Of a DNA stretch of 29,278 nt, positions 25,205 to 29,278 are shown piece after piece. The notes under the pieces were generated by a model. The model had not been told where the DNA came from. It did no database searches and worked only from the letters and a program-made list of their open reading frames with translations. Source of the stretch: a virus (lineage: Duplodnaviria > Heunggongvirae > Uroviricota > Caudoviricetes); the IMG/VR virus record IMGVR_UViG_2778261180_000001; one strand, written 5' to 3'. Position 1 is the stretch's first letter. Each line of letters starts with the position of its first letter. A program made the translations under genes and the position numbers.

Positions 25205-25768
25205 TTATCCTCTGAAACCAGGCGGAATTTCTGTATCCGGTTCAGAAATATGATTCATACAACGCTGTACAGGTGAACGTCCCAGGCGGATGACCAGTTC
25301 GTCCCATTTTTCGCGGAGTTTTGACGGGCTCATGATGTTTTTTACCCAGAATTGATCTCGCTGTACCCGACCAAACATTTCGCAAATTTGTCTGTGGCTT
25401 CTGCCATCCAGCATCCGCATTGTGCGCACGTCATTGGCCCAGGCTGTCCAGTTAGGCTCTTTTGGTCGCATGATCTCTCCATCGTCGCTGGCAGCCTGTT
25501 CGTAAAGGTTCACGATCCGCCCCCAAATCCACTGCGCACACGCCAAATCCTCCCTGCTACCCCACTGGCGTTTTTTCGCACTAAACACAACCGCGTCGGG
25601 GTTCCGGGTTAAAAAATCCTGTTCAGCGGTCTGCGGGTCCGGTTGCGAAGCTTCCGGACGAAAAGTGTTTTTATTCTCTGTAGTAATCTCTGTTGTATTC
25701 TCTGTAAGATCATCAGGCCATTTTGACCCGATGACATTGGGTCGTTTTGAACCAATGGAGCGTTTCAT
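25205..25768 (-). CDS. C-terminal part of the replication initiator, carrying a DnaT-like C-terminal domain; in a different frame from the N-terminal part
   Basis: The C-terminus ...RCMNHISEPDTEIPPGFRG matches the E. coli DnaT C-terminus (...VSEPDSQIPPGFRG, recalled). The N-terminus of this ORF (MKRSIGSKRPNVIGSKWP) is a translation of the iteron repeats. Confidence 0.5.
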   Translation of the reverse strand: MKRSIGSKRPNVIGSKWPDDLTENTTEITTENKNTFRPEASQPDPQTAEQDFLTRNPDAVVFSAKKRQWGSREDLACAQWIWGRIVNLYEQAASDDGEIMRPKEPNWTAWANDVRTMRMLDGRSHRQICEMFGRVQRDQFWVKNIMSPSKLREKWDELVIRLGRSPVQRCMNHISEPDTEIPPGFRG

Positions 25769-26147
25769 TTTGACCTGATGGAGCGGCGCATTTTAAACCG
25801 ATGGATTCGCTCAATTTGCCACCATCTAAAAGCTCGCTCCCGTAGTTGATCGTGTAGAAATTGGTCATATCGCGCTTTGATTTATTGAGCTTTTCACAAC
25901 GCAAAAGCCCCAGCGTTTTCAGACTTGCAAACGCGCGCTTTAACGTTGACTCTGACCAGAATGGGAACTGTTCCAGCCATTGTTCCGTTGTGTTGTAAAT
26001 CCAGCGAACACCATCACATTCCATGCCGGAATTGGTATCTCTCAACCAGTAATGCAACTGCTGCAACACAATGGCTTCATTTAAGCCAATCTTCATCGCA
26101 AGCTGTGTGTTTATAACCAGTGGGCGTTCAGCAAAAAGAAGGCTCAT
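25713..26147 (-). CDS. N-terminal part of the replication initiator (replisome-organiser, lambda-O-like N-domain)
   Basis: MSLLFAERPLVINTQLAMKIGLNEAIVLQQLHYWL... resembles phage replisome-organiser N-domains. The ORF runs into the iteron block and stops at 25713. Start is uncertain (ATG 26147 or TTG 26201). Confidence 0.5.
   Translation of the reverse strand: MSLLFAERPLVINTQLAMKIGLNEAIVLQQLHYWLRDTNSGMECDGVRWIYNTTEQWLEQFPFWSESTLKRAFASLKTLGLLRCEKLNKSKRDMTNFYTINYGSELLDGGKLSESIGLKCAAPSGQNETLHWFKTTQCHRVKMA
25727..25830. repeat. Iteron-type direct repeats (putative phage origin) inside the replication initiator gene, followed by an AT-rich stretch
   Basis: Seen directly: four to five copies at roughly 20-bp spacing of an ATTTTGACC-GATGGA-like unit (cattttgacccgatga / ttttgaaccaatgga / ttttgacctgatgga / ttttaaaccgatgga). 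An AT-rich segment with repeated ATTCTCTGT follows at about 25660-25720. Confidence 0.6.
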
Positions 26148-26649
26148 AATTCCATCCAGCTTTTTGTTTGTATTGCTGTCGATACGCAAGTTTGAAAGCA
26201 ATTGCTTTTTCTATAAGTTCGTCAGTTTCACGATCCACTACGGCAGGATCAGCAAAAAGCAGTCCGGACTCCACCACATCGCCATATTCTTTGTTTAATC
26301 CGGCGATCATGTACGTGATGCTTTTTCCGTCACTAATTTCACGATACAACCTGAAATCATTAATCCGGATAGCCTCCATAATTGCAGGCACTAGCGCCGT
26401 GAACTTTTCACGCTTATCCCTAGTGTCGATAGCCTTCCAGCGTTCGAATATCTTCACTCGATTAACGCCAAGCGCTCGCTGATCAACCGCGCCACCTTCA
26501 TCTGTGACACGCTGAACATCGATGTTCGGGCGCTCTTTCAAAGCCCAGAATGCTTCAGTGATTAATATCGTCGCCTGCTCCTGTGTCATTCCTGGTCGAC
26601 ATATCCAGGCATCCAGAGCCTCACGAGCCTGTTCAGGAGTGATTTTCAT
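26128..26649 (-). CDS. Hypothetical 173-aa protein in the cII / YdaT position, downstream of the Cro-like gene
   Basis: ATG at 26649, starting 11 nt after the dicC-like stop. The function is suggested by position only. Confidence 0.4.
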   Translation of the reverse strand: MKITPEQAREALDAWICRPGMTQEQATILITEAFWALKERPNIDVQRVTDEGGAVDQRALGVNRVKIFERWKAIDTRDKREKFTALVPAIMEAIRINDFRLYREISDGKSITYMIAGLNKEYGDVVESGLLFADPAVVDRETDELIEKAIAFKLAYRQQYKQKAGWNYEPSFC

Positions 26650-26860
26650 TGTTCAACCGCCCCGCCCGCTTCGTCTTACGATATTCGTCATAAACCTTGG
26701 GATCATACAGAAGCTCGCCGCCAGATGCCTCCTGTAGACGCATCGCGCGACCTTCAGGAACCAGCTCTTGCCATTGAGAAACAGCAGATGGGTCAACGCC
26801 AGCAGCTTTCGCTACTTTGGCTTTCGTACCGTAAAAATTAATTACGTCTGATTTAAACAT
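26633..26860 (-). CDS. dicC: Cro-like HTH regulator (DicC / YdaS-type)
   Basis: ATG at 26860 with a GGAGG Shine-Dalgarno gives MFKSDVINFYGTKAKVAKAAGVDPSAVSQWQELVPEGRAMRLQEASGGELLYDPKVYDEYRK... Divergently transcribed from the DicA homolog. Confidence 0.7.
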   Translation of the reverse strand: MFKSDVINFYGTKAKVAKAAGVDPSAVSQWQELVPEGRAMRLQEASGGELLYDPKVYDEYRKTKRAGRLNNENHS

Positions 26861-26937
26861 CGCACCTCCAATATTGAGTTTTCTCAATGCTAATCACTCA
26901 AGGAATCTCAAGTCAAGGGTTATTAAGATATCTAAAT
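26861..26937. promoter_or_regulatory. Divergent promoter / operator region between the dicC-like and dicA-like genes
   Basis: 77-bp intergenic region containing the palindrome TTGAGttttCTCAA and a repeated TCAAG motif. Function is inferred from the divergent repressor / Cro-like arrangement. Confidence 0.45.
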
Positions 26938-27345
26938 ATGAACGAGAAAACTTTAGGTCAACGCATTAGAGAAAGACGTAAGCAGGTAGGCTTAAGTCAA
27001 AACGGTTTAAGCAAAGCTGCTGGCGTATCTGGCTCATCAATTTCATTATGGGAAAGTGACCATACAGCCCCGCGCGGGCAAAATTTGCATCGCCTCGCCG
27101 AGGTATTGCAATGTTCACCAACCTGGATACTGTTTGGCGACGAGGACAAAACACCAGCTCCCCCTGTTTCACTCGATAGTGCCTTAGACTTATCGGAAGA
27201 TGAGTTAGAGATGCTGCGTTTGTATCGCGCACTTCCTAAATCAGAGCAACAAGCACAACTCAGCGAACTCCGCGCCCGCGTTGAGAATTTTAATCGCCTG
27301 TTCACCGAGCTATTAGAGGCTCGCAAACGCAACAAGCATCAATAA
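26938..27345 (+). CDS. dicA: DicA-type HTH repressor (Qin immunity repressor)
   Basis: MNEKTLGQRIRERRKQVGLSQ...LAEVLQCSPTWILFGDEDK...QLSELRARVENFNRLFTELLEARKRNK matches E. coli DicA (...LSKVLQCSPTWILFGDEDK...MRARVKNFNKLFEELLKAR) as I recall it; same 135-aa length. Confidence 0.85.
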   Translation: MNEKTLGQRIRERRKQVGLSQNGLSKAAGVSGSSISLWESDHTAPRGQNLHRLAEVLQCSPTWILFGDEDKTPAPPVSLDSALDLSEDELEMLRLYRALPKSEQQAQLSELRARVENFNRLFTELLEARKRNKHQ

Positions 27346-27537
27346 TCATCCCTTCACAAAATTTTAAAGCCTTACATTTCAATGTATTGGCTTTATCTTG
27401 CGCCAATACTTGAGTTTTCTCATCAAAAAACCTTGACGAAAAATAATGAGAAAACTAAATTACTTCCATCAAGACACCGCACGGTGTTCTCAGCAAACAG
27501 TTCCGCTACCCCGGCGTTAAGGGGAAATGAGGTCAGC

Positions 27538-27693
27538 ATGGATACTATCGATCTTGGCAACAGCGAATCTCTGGTATGTGGCGTGTTCCCCAACCAGGAC
27601 GGTACGTTCACCGCGATGACGTATACCAAAAGCAAAACGTTTAAAACCGAAAATGGTGCCCGTCGCTGGCTGGAAAGAAACTCAGGTGAGTGA
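27538..27693 (+). CDS. ydfA: YdfA-like small protein
   Basis: MDTIDLGNSESLVCGVFPNQDGTFTAMTYTKSKTFKTENGARRWLERNSGE, 51 aa, directly downstream of dicA as in Qin. Confidence 0.8.
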   Translation: MDTIDLGNSESLVCGVFPNQDGTFTAMTYTKSKTFKTENGARRWLERNSGE

Positions 27694-27694
27694 T

Positions 27695-28270
27695 ATGGAT
27701 TTCGACACAATCATGGAAAAGGCTTACGAAGAATACTTCGAAGGCCTTGCCGAAGGCGAAGAAGCTCTCAGCTTCAGTGAGTTTAAACAGGCACTCAGAA
27801 TAAGAATGTGCTCTCACAATGACGCGGAGCACAAATATGAGAAGCAAAATCAGACCGCAGAAAATTTTGTTCTGGAACCCGGAGAAACGCTTTTCAAAAT
27901 TCCCGTTACGTGCCCCATTTGCGGTTTTACATCAGAAGAACTTGACGACTCCTGTAACAATCAGGAAACAACCAAGTATGTCGAAGATGATACCGAGTGC
28001 GCACGAAGAACGATTATATCCACGAGTCCAAACTCCAGGACCAATAAATCTCACTTTGAGAGGGTGATTAATCCACTCCCCCAAACCAATAAAAAAGATG
28101 CCGGAGGACAAAAAACCCAATGGAACAACGGGATATCTGTCAAAAAAAGACGTTCCATTAAAGACAAACAACGCAGCGCCAACAACTGTAAGCGCTTTAT
28201 ACCAGTAATCAATTTTCATGTTCTTAAGCGGATTTATTGGTGGTTGCGACATTGCTTAATGAATCCTTAA
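27695..28270 (+). CDS. YdfB/YdfC-like protein as one continuous 191-aa ORF (the two are separate small ORFs in K-12 Qin)
   Basis: ATG at 27695 with an AGGTGAG Shine-Dalgarno gives MDFDTIMEKAYEEYFEGLAEGEEALSFSEFKQAL... (YdfB-like N-terminus), continuing through a CPICGF motif to 28270. Confidence 0.6.
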   Translation: MDFDTIMEKAYEEYFEGLAEGEEALSFSEFKQALRIRMCSHNDAEHKYEKQNQTAENFVLEPGETLFKIPVTCPICGFTSEELDDSCNNQETTKYVEDDTECARRTIISTSPNSRTNKSHFERVINPLPQTNKKDAGGQKTQWNNGISVKKRRSIKDKQRSANNCKRFIPVINFHVLKRIYWWLRHCLMNP

Positions 28271-28529
28271 AACTGTGGTGATTTTAAGGATACCACCTCG
28301 CCTGACGTGGTTAAAAGCAGGCACACAACACGAAAGCGCACGGCGAAGTTCGTCTCACTGTACGGTGTCGTTAAATTTAATTCGACCGTGCGCTTCCGGT
28401 TGTGGCAACCCGCGAAATGGCGCGGCGGTAAGTATGGCGGGGTTATTCCTTCCCCGTTGAGGACACCGAGTTGTCAGGTTGACCATACGCTTAAGTGACA
28501 ACCCCGCTGCAACGCCCTCTGTTATCAAT

Positions 28530-28587
28530 TTTCTGGTGACGTTTGGCGGTATCAGTTTTACTCCGTGACTGCTCTGCCGCCGTTTTT
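28530..28587 (+). ncRNA. dicF: DicF small RNA (antisense regulator of ftsZ and other mRNAs)
   Basis: TTTCTGGTGACGTTTGGCGGTATCAGTTTTACTCCGTGACTGCTCTGCCGCC followed by TTTTT is essentially the E. coli DicF sequence as I recall it. It lies between the ydfB/C-like ORF and dicB. Confidence 0.7.
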
Positions 28588-28756
28588 AAAGTGAATTTTG
28601 TGATGCGGTGAATGCGGCTAAGCGCACGCGGAACAGTTAAAACCAAAAACAGTGTTATGGGTGGATTCTCTGTATCCGGCGTTAATTGTTAACTGGTTAA
28701 CGTCACCTGGAGGCACCAGGCACTGCATCACAAAATTCATTGTTGAGGACGCGATA

Positions 28757-28945
28757 ATGAAAACGTTATTACCAAACGTTAATACGTCTGAAGGTTGTTT
28801 TGAAATTGGTGTCACTATCAGTAACCCTGTATTTACTGAAGATGCCATTAACAAGAGAAAACAAGAACGGGAGCTATTAAATAAAATATGCATTGTTTCA
28901 ATGCTGGCTCGTTTACGTCTGATGCCAAAAGGATGTGCACAATGA
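28757..28945 (+). CDS. dicB: Cell division inhibitor DicB
   Basis: MKTLLPNVNTSEGCFEIGVTISNPVFTEDAINKRKQERELLNKICIVSMLARLRLMPKGCAQ, 62 aa, GAGGA Shine-Dalgarno, downstream of dicF. Confidence 0.85.
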   Translation: MKTLLPNVNTSEGCFEIGVTISNPVFTEDAINKRKQERELLNKICIVSMLARLRLMPKGCAQ

Positions 28946-29133
28946 ATTCAGCATTTGCGCTTGTTCTGACAGTTTTTCTTGTTTCCGGAGAGCCAGTTGA
29001 TATTGCAGTCAGTGTTCACAGGACAATGCAGGAGTGTATGACTGCAGCAACCGAACAGAAAATTCCCGGTAACTGTTACCCGGTCGATAAAGTTATTCAC
29101 CAGTATAATATCGAAATCCCGGCAGGTCTTTAA
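28942..29133 (+). CDS. ydfD: YdfD-like protein (Qin lysis-inducing protein)
   Basis: MNSAFALVLTVFLVSGEPVDIAVSVHRTMQECMTAATEQKIPGNCYPVDKVIHQYNIEIPAGL, 63 aa. Its ATG overlaps the dicB stop as ATGA. Confidence 0.8.
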   Translation: MNSAFALVLTVFLVSGEPVDIAVSVHRTMQECMTAATEQKIPGNCYPVDKVIHQYNIEIPAGL

Positions 29134-29278
29134 AACAGTTCCGTAATAAATATCCGGTTTCATTCTTATATGCCAGCAATGGCAGGGATTTGTTCATCCT
29201 TAAATCTGTCATGAGGTTAAAACGTAACCGGCTCATTTAAACCGTCTGGTCTGTTTCCTCCGGCTCTACAAAAATAAT

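Noticed and set aside
25727-25830. Regularly spaced direct repeats that could be mistaken for a small CRISPR array
   Set aside because: Repeat units are about 15-20 bp with almost no unique spacers, they lie inside a replication-initiator gene, and they are followed by an AT-rich stretch. This is an iteron origin, not CRISPR.
28271-28530. Small ORFs (28275-28460, 28307-28498) between the ydfB/C-like gene and dicF
   Set aside because: This region corresponds to the untranslated dicF precursor leader in Qin. The ORFs are Arg-rich with no ribosome-binding site.
1-29278. Looked for an integrase, attachment sites, rRNA, IS elements or transposases
   Set aside because: No tyrosine-recombinase-like ORF, no transposase-like ORF with terminal inverted repeats and no rRNA-like sequence were seen. 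The prophage ends appear to lie outside this window.

Overview
This window is almost entirely one lambdoid prophage of an enterobacterial (E. coli-like) host, in a Qin / phage-21-like arrangement, with the late operon on the minus strand. Reading from high to low coordinates: a DicA/DicC-type immunity region with ydfA, a ydfB/C-like ORF, dicF, dicB and ydfD (26.6-29.1 kb, plus strand apart from dicC); a replication initiator with internal iterons that appears split across two frames (25.2-26.2 kb); an AT-rich cargo island carrying a 340-aa orphan gene (22.9-24.7 kb); hok, rem-like, DUF968/YdfU-like, rusA and a Q-like antiterminator (19.2-22.5 kb); a putative late promoter and terminator followed by two tRNAs; two paralogous TolA-C-terminal-domain lipoproteins; a phage-21-type lysis cassette (pinholin, YdfR-like, SAR endolysin, Rz with embedded Rz1); a second AT-rich moron with a 230-aa orphan gene; a lambda-like cos site; then terminase small and large subunits, gpW-like, portal, a protease-scaffold-capsid fusion, head-tail connectors and the lambda-like tail genes Z, U, V, G/T, H, M and the start of L. 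No CRISPR array, rRNA, integrase or transposase was seen. The best candidates for undescribed biology are the two AT-rich orphan genes in variable cargo slots and the tandem TolA-domain lipoproteins. All calls rest on reading the six-frame translations and the sequence by eye and from memory of the protein families; no database search was run.
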